Positions 1-13,085 of a DNA stretch of 64,000 bases are shown here, piece by piece. Below the pieces are notes generated by a model. It ran no database searches and had not been told where the DNA came from. It worked only from the letters and a program-made list of their open reading frames with translations. Numbering within the stretch: the stretch's first letter is position 1; each line of letters opens with the position of its first letter. The position numbers were made by a program, and so were the translations under genes. This DNA is from the human T2T-CHM13v2.0 reference genome, Homo sapiens, in NCBI RefSeq assembly GCF_009914755.1, contig NC_060929.1; one strand, 5' to 3'.

Positions 1-3000
1 TGGAGAATGTCAAAGGTAGTTTAATGGGAATAGCGTGGAATTTATAAACTACTTTGGTCAGTATGGCCATTTTTATGATATTGATTCTTTTTATCCATGA
101 GCATGGAATGTTTTTCTATTTATTTCTGTCCTCTCTTATTTCTTTGAGCAGTGATTTGTAGTTCTTCTTGAAGAGGTCCCTCACTTCCTTTGTTAGCTAT
201 ATTCCTAGGTATTTTATTCTCTTTGTAGCAATTTTGAATGAGAGTTCATTCATGATTTGGCTTTCTGCTTGCCTGTTGTTGGTGCATAGGAATGCTAGCA
301 GTTTTTGCACATTGATTTTGTATCCTGAGACTTTGCTGAAGTTGTTAATCAGCTTAAGAAGCTATTGGGCTGAGACAATGGGGTTTTCTAGATATAGGAT
401 CATGTCATCTGCAAACACAGATAATTTGACTTCCTCTCTTCTTATTTGAATATTCTTTATTTTTGTTTCTCTTGCCTGATTGCCCTGGCCAGATCTTCCA
501 ATACTATGTTGAATAGGAGTGCTGAGAGAGGGCACCCTTGTCTTGTGCTGGTTTTCAAGGGTAACGCTTCCAGCTTTTGCTAATTCAGTATGATATTGGC
601 TGTGAGTTTGTCATATATGGCTTATTGTTTTGAGGTATGTTTCATTAATACCTAGTTTATTGAGAGTTTTTAACATAAAAACATAAAGGGATATTGAATT
701 TCATCAAAGGCCTTTTTCTGCATCAATTGAGATAATCATATGGTTTCTGTCTTTAGTTCTGTTTATGTGATGAATTACGTTTATTGATTTGCATATGTTG
801 AACTACCTTGCATACCAGGCTGAAGCTAAGTTTATCATGACAGGTAAACTTTTTGATGTGCTGCTGGATTCGGTTTGCCAGTATTTTATTGAGGATTTTT
901 GCATTACCATTCATCAGGGATATTGGCCTGAAGTTTTCTTTTTTTATTGTGTCTCTGCCAGGTTTTGGTATTAGGATGATGCTGGCCTCATCAAATGAAT
1001 TAGGGAGGAGTTAGGGAGTAGTTTCAGTAGAAGTGGTACCAGTTCTTCTTTGTACCTCTGGTAGAATTCAGCTGTAAATTCATCTCGTGCTGTTTTAATT
1101 TTTTAATTTTTTAATTTTATTTTTTGGTTGGTAGGCTTTTTATTACTGCCTCAATTTCTGTCCTTGTTATTGGCTTATTCAGGGATTCAATTTCCTCCTG
1201 GTTCAGTCTCAGGAGGGTGTATGTGTCCAGAAATTTATCTATTTCTTCTAGATTTAGTAGTTCATGTATATAGAGGTGTTTATAATATTCTCTGATGATT
1301 GTTTGTATTTGTGTGGGGTCAGTGGTGATACGCCCCTTTTATCTATTTGGTTCCAGCTTTTGCTTTTCTTCTTTATTAGTCTTGCTAGTGGTCTATTTTA
1401 TTAATTTTCTTGAAAAAAACAGCCCCTTGATTCGTTCATTTTTTGAAGGGTTTGTTGTGTCTCAATCTCCTTCAGCTTTACTCCAATCTTGGTCATTTCT
1501 TGTCTTTGTAGCACTGGGGCTTGTTTGCTTTTGGTTCTTTGGTTCTTTTAGTTGTGATGTTAGGTTGTTGATTTGAGATCTTTCTGGCTCTTTGATGTGG
1601 GCATTTAGTTCTATAAATTTCCTTCTTAACACTGCTTTGGCTGTGTCCCAGAGATTCTGGTACATTGTTTCTTTGTTGTCATGAGCTTCAAAGAATTGCT
1701 GATGAGCGTTTTACTTCCAATTATGTCATCAATTTTACAGTAAATGCCATGTGATGATGAGAAGAATGTATATTCTGTTGTTTTGGAGAGGAGAGTTCTG
1801 TAGATATTTATCAGGTCCACTTGATACAGAGCTGAGTTCGGGTCCTGAATATCTTTATTAATTTTCTGTCTCAATGATCTGTCCAATATTGTTAGTAGGG
1901 TGTTAAAATCTCCCACTATTATTCTGTGGGAGACTAAGTCTCTTTGTGGGTCTCTAAGAACTTGATTTATGAATCTAGGTGCTCCTGCTGTATTACGTGC
2001 ATATATATTTAAGATAGTTAGTTCTTGTTGAATTGAACCCTTAACCATTATGTAATGCCCTTCTTTGTCTTTTTTTTGGTCTTTGTTGGTTTAAAGTCTG
2101 TTTGTCATAAACTAGGATTGCAACCCCTGCGTTTTTCTGTTTTCCACTTCTTGTTAAATTTTCCTCCATCCCTTTATTTTGAGTCAGATGTGTCTTTGCA
2201 CCTGAGATGGGTCTCTTGAAGACAGCATACCAGTGGGTCTCCACTCTATCCAACTTGCCATTCTGTGTGTTTTAATTAGACATTTATTTATTAGTTTTTT
2301 TTTGAGATGGAATCTCGCTCTGTTGCCCAGGCTGGAGTGCAGTGGTGTGATCATGGCTCATATGACCACCACCCGGGTTCAAGCGATTCTTCTGCATTTA
2401 GCCTATTTACAGTTAAGGTTAATACTGCTATGTGTGAATTTGATCCTGTCATCATGATGTTAACTGGTTATTTTGCAGACTTGTTTGTGTGGTTGCTTCA
2501 TAGTTTCACTGATCTGTGTACTTCAGTGTGCTTTTTGTCACAGTTTTTCCTTTCCATATTTAGAGCTTCTTTCAGGAGCTCTTGAAAGGCCTGCCTGAGA
2601 GTGATGGATTTGCTCAGCATTTACTTGTCTGAAAAGGATATCTTATTTCTCCTTCACTTATGAAACTTACTTTGGCTGGATATAAAATTATGGTTTGGAA
2701 ATTATTTTCTTTAAGAATGTTGAATATTGGCCCTCAATCTCTTCTGGCTTGTATGGTTTCCACTGAGAGGTCTGCTGTTAATCTGATAGGCTTTTCTTTG
2801 TAGGTGATTTGGCCTTTCTCTCTTGCTGCCATTAACATTTTTTCTTTCATTTTGACCTTGGAGAATCTGATGATTCATGTCTTGAACTTCTCATGGAGTA
2901 TCTTATGGGGGTTCTCTGGATTTCCTGAATTTGAATGCTAACCTGTTTTTGTAGATTGGGGAAGTTCTCCTGAATGATATCCTAAAGTATGTTTTCCAAC

Positions 3001-3270
3001 TTAGTTCTGTTCTCCCCATCTCTTTTAGGTACCCTAATCAGTCATAGGTTCAGTCTTTTTACATAATTCTATATTACTCGGAGATTTTATTCATTCATTT
3101 TCATTTTTTTTCTCTATTCTTGTCTGCCTCTCTTATTTCAGAAAGATAGTGTTCAAGCTCTGAGATTCTTTCCTCTGTGTGGTCTATTCTGCTATTGATA
3201 CTTGTGATTGCATTGTGGAATTCTTATGTTGTATTTTTCAGCTCCATCAGGTCAGTTATGTTCTTCTTCA
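1..3270 (-). mobile_element. Decayed LINE-1 (older L1PA-type): ORF2 EN/RT region plus 3' part of ORF1; 5'-truncated, runs off the window start
   Basis: Minus-strand frames give L1 ORF2 motifs ([13 protein letters not shown]; KGSIQQELTILNIYA; IIVGDFNT; GVAILV). ORF1-like sequence at ~2600-3270. Many stops and frameshifts. Confidence 0.95.
2287..2394 (-). mobile_element. 5'-truncated Alu (3' part of right arm) inserted in the L1
   Basis: T-rich tail then GAGATGGAATCTCGCTCTGTTGCCCAGGCTGGAGTGCAGTGG; flanked by CATTTA at 2281-2286 and 2395-2400 (putative TSD). Confidence 0.9.
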
Positions 3271-3335
3271 TTTGTAGAGTTTTTGGATACTTCTTTCACC
3301 CCATCACTGGAGTCTCCTCTCCTGCAGTTCACCAT

Positions 3336-3690
3336 TGATATGGTTTGGCTGTGTCTCCAAAATCTCATCTTGAATTGTAGCTCCCATTATTCCCATGTGT
3401 TATGGAAGGGACCTGGTGGGAGACAATTAAATGCTGGGGACAATTTCCCCCATACTGTTCTCATGATAGTGAATAAATCTCATGTGATCTGATGGTTTTA
3501 TAAGGGGTTTCCCCTTCCGCTTGGGTCTCATTCTTTCTTGCCGGCCACCATGTAAGGTGTGCCTTCTGTCTTCTGCCATAATTGTGAGGCCTCCCTAGCC
3601 ATGTGGAACTATGAGGCCATTAAACCCCTTTTTATTTTTAAATTACCCAGTCTTGGGTATGTCTTCATCAGCAGCATGAAAACTAATACA
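3336..3690 (+). mobile_element. THE1-family MaLR solo LTR
   Basis: Starts TGATATGGTTTGGCTGTGTC, ends CTAATACA, 355 bp; perfect 5 bp TSD ACCAT (3331-3335, 3691-3695). Confidence 0.92.
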
Positions 3691-4429
3691 ACCATGATAA
3701 TGGTAAATGGATTCTTCAGAAGAAATTACTTCTTATTCTTTCTTTAGCCACTAGGCAGCAGTAATATACTTCCAGCTTCTCACTACTAAGATCACTTTAC
3801 CCCTCCAACTGGCCTTTAGAATACGATTTGGGATAAACTTAAGCCAGCTCTTCCTTTTACATGGACAACTTCTGGTCAAGGGAAATCACATGCATTCTTT
3901 TTACCATTAAACTTATCTTCTGCCTGAAGAGTGGCTGGCTATCCATAGTAAATACTGTTTAGATTTCTCAGTAGTGATTCAGACTTCAGGCTCCTTTTTT
4001 CCCAAGCTCCATACAACATAGTTCAAGTTATAGGTTGGGAGGGGTCATCTTTAATGTCCATTTCTCTGATTTTGATAAAGAGAAATGTATCTCCAACTTC
4101 TAACCCCCTTCTATCTCTATACTCCTTCTACCTCTCTCCTGAATTCCTTTCCAGTATCTGTTGTCTTTCTCAGCCCCTCAATATTAGTTTATGGATTGGA
4201 GGTAGGTGTTTAGCAAAGTGTCCCCAAACTGGTTCCTAGCCATCTGCTTTGAAAGTCCTGGTTTTGCCTTCTCATAGCTCATTTTGTAATGTTGATGAGG
4301 TTGATCTCATGTTCTATGGCCTCAGTTAAAACTGTACTGCCATAGTTCTATTTGGACATTTTGTTATACCTGCAACCAAACAGAAGATGTGCAAAAGTTA
4401 TGACTAATCAATGTGAGATGCATTCATAT

Positions 4430-5410
4430 AAATAGATATTACACATATTAGAAGATGCTCAACATCACTATGAAATCTTAGAAATGCAATTAGAGCAATT
4501 AAATATCATCTTTATTGTATTAGTGAAAATATAAATGATTGATAGCTAGTATTAATGAGATATATTGTTGATGGAGTATACATTGGTATAGTCTTGAGAA
4601 CAATCTGGCAGTGCACATTAAAATAAGAAATGTGCACATTCTTTAAGCCATCATTCATATATCTCATTTTCTACCCCAGAGAAGTACTTGTCCATGTTCT
4701 TACAAAGGCAGGTACAAAAACATTCATTGTAGCATTACTCATAAGGACAAAGACTAAAGATAACCCATCAGTGGCAGAATAATTAAATGAGCAATCTCTA
4801 AATCTCCCTTGAAATTATTAGTATAAGATTAGTGTAAGTAATGTGTGTCACTTCTAGGCCATAGCTTTTAAAAAGTAGAAGTACCTTCTCCATCCTCTTC
4901 TGCTGACTGAATGCAGATAATCGGAAGACCCTAGAAAGTGGCCAAAAACCATACAGAAGGAGTTGGGTTCTTGAATGAAGGAAAACTACCTGTGGACCTG
5001 CATCACCCTCACTGGACGGGTACGTGAATAAGACATAAGCTTCTCCTGTTTTAATCCATTGATATTTTGAGATTTACTTGTTGAAGTAGCTAACGTTACC
5101 CTAATACAAATGATATGTAGAAGTTAAGAAGGAGGAAGTCAATTGGAATGCTTGAACTTACCTGTATCTTGAGGGTATGTCAAGTTAGGAAAGCGTGTGA
5201 TGTCCTGTACATCAAACAACACTCAGACTATGCCTGTATATGTTAAACAAAGAGAAAAAGTTCTGGAAGGATAACCATTAAACTAATAGTGAGTACCTCC
5301 AAAGAGGGAAGTAGGATTGAGTATTGTGGTAACTGGGGACTTTTGCTTTTATTATTGGAATTTTTTATGAGAAGAATATTGCTTGAATTACTTGTGTAAT
5401 TAAAAATTAT
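4430..5410 (+). mobile_element. Ancient L1M(E)-type 3' fragments interrupted by an MLT1-type LTR (~4800-5108)
   Basis: GAAGATGCTCAACATCACTA...AATGCAA and CAATCTGGCA resemble the L1 ORF2 3' end; the MLT1-like 3' end reads TTTGAGATTTACTTGTT...CCCTAATACA. Boundaries approximate. Confidence 0.6.
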
Positions 5411-8249
5411 ACAATAAATTAGATTGGTTCTCTGGATAATTGCTTGGCTTGAACTGATCCATTTTTGTTTCTGTGCTCATTTATATGAAGAAAATAGATA
5501 AAAACTTCATCTTTCTCTCTTTACCAATATCTTGTCATCAGCAGCAATTATTGGGAATAATTCCTGAATTCTAGTTTTTGGCATAAATTCATATGAGAAA
5601 ATTTATCAGGGATTTAAAAAATGTTACAGAATCCTCTAAGGTAACTGGAGAAGAAAAATGCTCGTAAATCAATTACGATAGCAAAAATAAATATATATGG
5701 ACTTAGAAATATTTTGGTGGGGTTGTTGATGTAGTATTACTGAATTCATAAATATGTCTTAAGAAAACTGAATTCACTCAAGTGTCTCCTTTGATAATTA
5801 CAGAAGTGATAGTGTGACATTGCCTTTCATCAAGCTATGACGACCTAACTTCTAACATTGACTTCAGTATGATAACAGCATGGCAATAATGGGAGCACAT
5901 CCACTCCGTGCACTGCTTTTAGCATCCAGTGAGTAATCCGGTGTGTCTTCTAAGAGAGTAAGAATATCTAAAGTGCTCAGCCATGAATGACCAGAAAACA
6001 ACAGTACCATGATGCCTTATCTCCTACTCTGCCTCTCTGCTTTTTATACATTGCTTCCTTTAGGTCCACTCTGTTGGGCTGGGCCATGGACACATTTACA
6101 CACTGAAATCAGTGTTTCTTTGGCTTTTCCTTTGGTTATCAAGGCAATTGCTTGTCCTCACGCCCTCTGAGAAAAACCATCATGAAGGACTCTCTTAGAA
6201 GCTCTATGGCTTGGACTAACCAGTTCATTCTCCCTCACACACTTTCACTTGAAATGTTTCAACTTCAGATCATTCCTTGGACACCACTTCCCAAGAGGGA
6301 TGCAAGCTGTGCAGGCTTCAAGACTCACCCCTCTCTTCACATCTTTTTCATTTCGCTCTCCTAAACAGGATCAGATTGGATCTTATGTTCCCCATTTCCT
6401 TCTTCAGTTCGAGGACCCTACACTACTTTTATTCTGTAATTCCTGCTATAGCATTTAGCAGTATTCAGAAAAAATAGAACTAGCAATGTTTAGCTTAAGG
6501 AGTTTTTGTGAGAAAAAGAATGTGTATCAGTGTGCTTAGCAGGGACACCATAATGTTGGTTTCCCTCCCTGGGTTTCACATTTCTTATATTCTGCAGGTG
6601 CTTGTCAGAGTTGCAAAATACCAAGCAGGTAGGGCTATAAGCTGGGAGCTTTAGGATGGAATACCAAGAGACAAGCTTCAGGGGAGATGGGAATGGTTCA
6701 ATCTGGGAATAATAAGGTTGGTCAGGGTGGATGCAGTTACAGGGTGACTTAGGAGCTAGGGAAGCCTGGAGAAGATATTGCTGCCTGCAGATACTATGCC
6801 AAGGACCTTGTGCCATCAAGTATTAGAATCTCATGGTAAGCTTAACTTCTGTTTGATTCCAATACATTAAAGCTAAAATAAGGGCAAAAGAAAAGCAGCA
6901 GAAAAAGCCTAAATCCTACCCCACTGTGTATATGATTGCTTTCCAGTGTGAATTCTGAACTTAGAAACCAGAGTGATGGAGGGAGCATTAACAAGAAGAC
7001 AGATGATTGTATTTCTGTAAGCTGAACTCTCCCCATTGGCTGAGGTGTTTCTGCTCCATCCCCCACCTCTCTGCTGACCTCATTCTCTTTACAGCGGCAG
7101 TTTGCTCACTCTTGCCTTCTCTAGTCTGAGGCCAGTGTGGATCCTGTATACCAGCAGCTCTCAGGCTCCACTTAATCTCTTCTGCATCTCTCTCTGCTAT
7201 GGCCCCTAGGGACATTCATCACAATATGGAGAAGCCATCCTTCATTCAGTAGCTCCATTCCCTTTTCCCAGTTTTAGAGAAACCCTGCGCCCCTTACTCT
7301 ATGTTTGTGTCCCCTTGCTTTCCAGAGCCACTTCTAAACCATTGGCTGTTTCTTATTGTTTGAATACTTCAAATGATTAAGCTATTGTCTCCAACGCCTC
7401 TGCTTGCTTTCCTTTCCTAAGTAATTTTAATGTCTTGTAAAATTCCTTCTCTTCTGCCATCCTGAGATTAGTGTTAATGAGCTTTAATCTCCTCCTTTTG
7501 GACTGGAGTGTATATCAATTTTGTCCTCATCTTCATCCATCCAATCTCATTCACCCGAGGTCCAACTCAAAACTATCCTCTTCAGAGCCTTTCCTGTTCC
7601 TTAGAGCAACAACTACAAGTTACCTACTTTTTTTCTGGACAACCATATTCCTTTATTTTATTTTATGCATTTTGAAAATTTTATATAGAATAATAATGAA
7701 AGGTGAGATATTTAGGGAAAAGAACTGTGAAATATTTAGAAGAACTGTGTTTTATTCATGTTTGCATTTCTACCAGCCCTACTTCAGCTCCTCATTTTGC
7801 ACTTGGCATGCAGAGTATGCTTAATAAATATTAATTTGAACACAATGACAACACCTGCCTCCTTATCCTTTCCTGTTTTAGTAACACTTATTATAATGCC
7901 ATAAACTACAACCCCTAAATTTCAGGAATTCTAGAGACTGTCTGGAATAGCATCCACAAAGCTATTTTTAATAATATTCAATAATATTTTTGAAGCATAT
8001 CCTGTATATCCAGCCCTTGCCTAAATAGTAGGGATAGGTTGTGAGGAAGGAGCATTCTAACTGGACCCTTGGGAATGAAGCCACTTCTCCATCCCTGGGG
8101 CTGGGGAAGGACCTACCAGCCGGAACCATGCTGCCTTATCATTATGAAATAGGTAAAAAGTAGCCCCTAAAGCAAAGAACAGTGTCCACTGCATCCTCTA
8201 CTTAACTCTTCCCTATCCCTAGTCCTGTAGCCTCCTTTAGAGTAGACTA

Positions 8250-9140
8250 AGTTGCAATTCCAAACAGGTTCTATTTTGTTTCACATCCTTCAATAGCTTT
8301 CAGCATCAAGTTCAAGTGCCCAGTTTAGCATAGAAGGCTTTCCTGAGCTGCCTGTTTCTGAAGCATCTTGCACTAAGCCACATGCATGCCCACCCTTTAA
8401 TCATGAAGTCTTCTTTTAGTTTTCAAACCTGGCAGGCTTTTTGAGCATCTGTGGTTTCTTCACGTTCTATTTTTTCTTTCTAAAATGGTTTCTTTTCTTC
8501 ATTTTAACTTAGTAAATGCCTTTCCACTCTTTACCTCAGTTTAAAGATCACATATCTTGAGACGGTCTCTTGACTTCCCTGTTTTATTTAAAAATCCCCT
8601 CTCTGTTTTTGTAGCATAATATGGTTCAGTTTGTCACAGCCTCCATAATGGTGAGTTTACATGTCTGCCTTCATTTTGCTGTGTGCTTGTGCTTTTTCTG
8701 TCTTAATCGGTTTTTGCATCCACTGTACAGGCTGGGGCCTGGTATGCAGTAGGAACTTGGTAGCTTTAAAGAATTTAACTTCTAGCACTTTTCAGGCTCC
8801 TCTATTAAATCCAAAGTAAATACTTTATTTATTTACCTACTTCACTTTTAGAAGTGTTTATATTGGACAAATTTATTATTCGATTCTAAAATTTTGTGAA
8901 ACTTTCTCTTTATTTCTATTTAGATAAATATCCTGTATCTAGTTGGATGATTATTCTTGTTGGTTGATGCTACTATTGAAACACTTATAAAATTGAATTA
9001 TATTAATGATTCATTTGCTTTTCTCTATCTCTTTCACTCTATTGTGAAGTCTCAGAGGCAGGGTCCACATTCTATTCATTATTGCGCAGCCAATCCTGGC
9101 ACACGGAAAGTACTCAGTGAATGTTTATTGAATAAATACA
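8250..9140 (+). mobile_element. L2 3' fragments
   Basis: L2 3' end-like motifs CCTGGTATGCAGTAGGAACT and CCTGGCACACGGAAAGTACTCAGTGAATGTTTATTGAATAAAT. Confidence 0.5.
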
Positions 9141-9639
9141 AATATATATCCTCTGGTTCTGACTGGCCTCCTGCCTCTGAAAATGATCTCTCCTTTTTTC
9201 TTCATATTCTTGGGCTTCATCTTTCAGTACCTTTTAAGAGTCCCTGATTTCGCAATTACCACCTTTCCTCCAACTAGGAAAAGTAGCCACCAGGAGAAGG
9301 GTTTGCTACTGCTTGGGATGCCTCCACTATCAGTGGGTCTTAATTGGAGGGCAGGGGCAGCCAAGTGCAAGGTAAGTGGCAGAAATCCCAGGTGGCAAAA
9401 GCATGGCCGCTTCATGTCAATGAGATGCACATGAAGACTAAGCAGGTCTCATGGCACAGCACAGGGGCCTCAGAAAGCCGGGATAGATTTGAGTCAGTCC
9501 CTAGCTTGACACTGTGGGTAGCAGGGTTATTTGGGGAAAGACTTCATGGTTATCACTTAATCTACTGTTAAGGGTTAGGAAATAATGAGAGCAAATAGAA
9601 AGGGCAAGAGAATAGAAATCTAAAGGACAGAGTCCCAGT

Positions 9640-9800
9640 GTCAATTTCTTTTTTCTGCTTACATGCCAGACTTTGAGGAAGCCATGAGTCCCATGAGCCT
9701 TGGTTTCTGTATCTCTGCTGTGGAATAATTATACTTACCCTTTTTACCTCATAGAATTGTTCCAAGGACCAAATGAGGGCTACACAATCTACTGCACACT
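9640..9800 (+). mobile_element. MIR fragment
   Basis: Core-like TGAGCCTTGGTTTCTGTATCT...ACCTCATAGAATTGTT. Confidence 0.55.
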
Positions 9801-10395
9801 GTTAATTTGTTCACCAGTGTGAGGGGTTACCATTCTTACTCTTGTTTTATAAAGGCTATGGTATTTTTACCTAGTTCTCTGATTTACGGAGGTAATTATG
9901 CAGATTTCCCACTTTGCTGTATTCTTTTTAGAGAGAATGTTACTACAAGCTAGCTTTTCTCTTTGAAAAGTAGAATTTTACCCAACTTAACAATTCCAGA
10001 GAATAGTTCACGTTTGCACCGCAGCAGGTGGTGGTAACTCCTGTTGTGGGGATTTTACTTTTTGTTGAGAAGGCAAGGAGAAGGGAAGGGATGTGAGAGG
10101 AATGTAGAAACCAGTGGTCTTCTCACAGCATGGCTTTACTTGATTTTATTTTGTGGACAAGCCTTGCGTTGTTGGCAAGTCACAATTTTCTTCAATGACC
10201 TTCAATTTTCTTCATCATCTGAAGCTTCTTCTCTCAGAATTCCTAATGGTCTGTCCATTAACAGATATTTACTGAATACCTTCAGTGTGCGAATGAGCCA
10301 GACCACAGAAGTGCAATGGTGAACAAAACAGACACAGCCTTTGGGTTTACTGAGTTCATCTTCTACTGGAGAAAATGGAGAAAAACAATTGCAGA

Positions 10396-11385
<990 letters not shown>

Positions 11386-12924
11386 AAAAAAAAAAAATGA
11401 TTTGTCCTCACACAGATAACAGATTTAAGAATCTCAAAGGTGCAAAAAATTTTCAACTCAAGAAGACTGCACTTCAGTGTTTTTTTTTTCTTATTGATTT
11501 TTCAATTGATTTCTTATTCAGTTTACTGAAATGGTTAAAGTCTAAAAATTCATTATGTAAGCAAATAAGGGCCAGAAATTGGAAGTTATTCCTGATCCTG
11601 GAATTTATCTGTCTCTGGTCTTAAGGATTATTGAAACAGTTGGAAGGTGATTATAATCACATTTTAACTTGATAGTATTTCAACATTTTAACCTCAGCAC
11701 CTTGCAAATCCTGGAACATAGCAGGTTCTCAGTAAACCTTGGCTGACAATGAATAACTGAATTGTCTAAGAGCAGAATGCCCTAGCCATGTAGAGAGAGA
11801 TGTGTGTCATACCAGGGTGAGTGGATTGCTCCACAGATTCCCCTAGATAATTAGCTTCATAAATATTGATGTCTCAGCATTTCCCACTCTTCTTTGCCAG
11901 CCCTCCTGGGAATATCTGAAAAGCACTTTTAACACAGACTTAAGTTTAATGAACATAAAGCAATAGTAATTACGCTGGCTAGGCTTTTCTTCAGGTATTC
12001 TCTCAAATTCTAGAAGTTCTGCTGGATTTATCCAGTCTGTATCCAGGGTGAATAAAAGGGGAGCTTTTCTATTCTACTTCCCTCAACCAAAGGCATGTCT
12101 TCCTGATACTTGGGTTTGATTCTCCAAATCTCCAGGGTTAATTTGCTGATGGTAGTAGGTATTCACCACTGCAGGTGTGGGTTGTAGGTAGAGGAGAGCT
12201 TCCTTCCCTTTGCTTATTATCACCATCATCTTTCTCATTTTCCCCAGATGCCTTTCCTTTACTTTCCAGGGTCCATTCTGATCCCCTTTATAGTTCCCTC
12301 AGCCCCCTCAGGAAGCCTCTGAGGGTTTCTTTTTCTCATCAGTCCTCTGATCACCAACTTCCTCTGTCTCATACATCTTGATTGCAGCCATACATACAAG
12401 ACATGCTTTTTACTATGTATATGTATACAGAATAATAGAGTCACTTAGTGACAATCACTGATGTAGAATATGGCACTGAAGTCAGCAGTTTTCTCTTTCC
12501 TCAAGAAATCCTCAAATATGCAGTTGTGTTTTTCTAGTTTCAACCAGTAAGATGTTTGTAATTAATTTAATCTGGTTAGTGATCATGAAAAAGGAAGTGA
12601 TGTTTCACTTTTTGAAGGCACAAACTCTTTTGAACTAGTAAGAAGGAAGAATTCCCCAAACGTCAAGAGGAACATCATTTAATACAAGGAAATTGCAATT
12701 CATTTAAAGCTACCTTAGTAGCAGTAAAGACTTAGGTGATGGCCAAGCTTTCAACATTTAAGCATTTAGTGAGTTGGTTATTTGGCATTATGCCACTTAA
12801 ACATGCAGATGATTGATTTCATTTTTAAAACACTTGACCACATCCTCCTGATGTTTTGGCATCTTGCCAACAGCCTCAGTGTGCTGTGCTTTTTAAGAGA
12901 GCTCTCTACTGCTGTCTTATGGTG

Positions 12925-13085
12925 CCTGGATGAATGGCTGGGAGTCAGGAGGCAATGCTGGCTCCACCACTAAGCAGATAAGTTGGGGTAAACTGGATAA
13001 TCTTGGGTAAGTTTATTTGTGTGGGTCTCAATTTCGCCTTTTGCAAACTGCATGTTAAATTGATAAAAAATTTTGTAAATGTGGA
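12925..13085 (+). mobile_element. MIR fragment
   Basis: GGAGTCAGGAGG...GGCTCCACCACTAA...TCTTGGGTAAGTT...GGTCTCAATTTC. Confidence 0.55.
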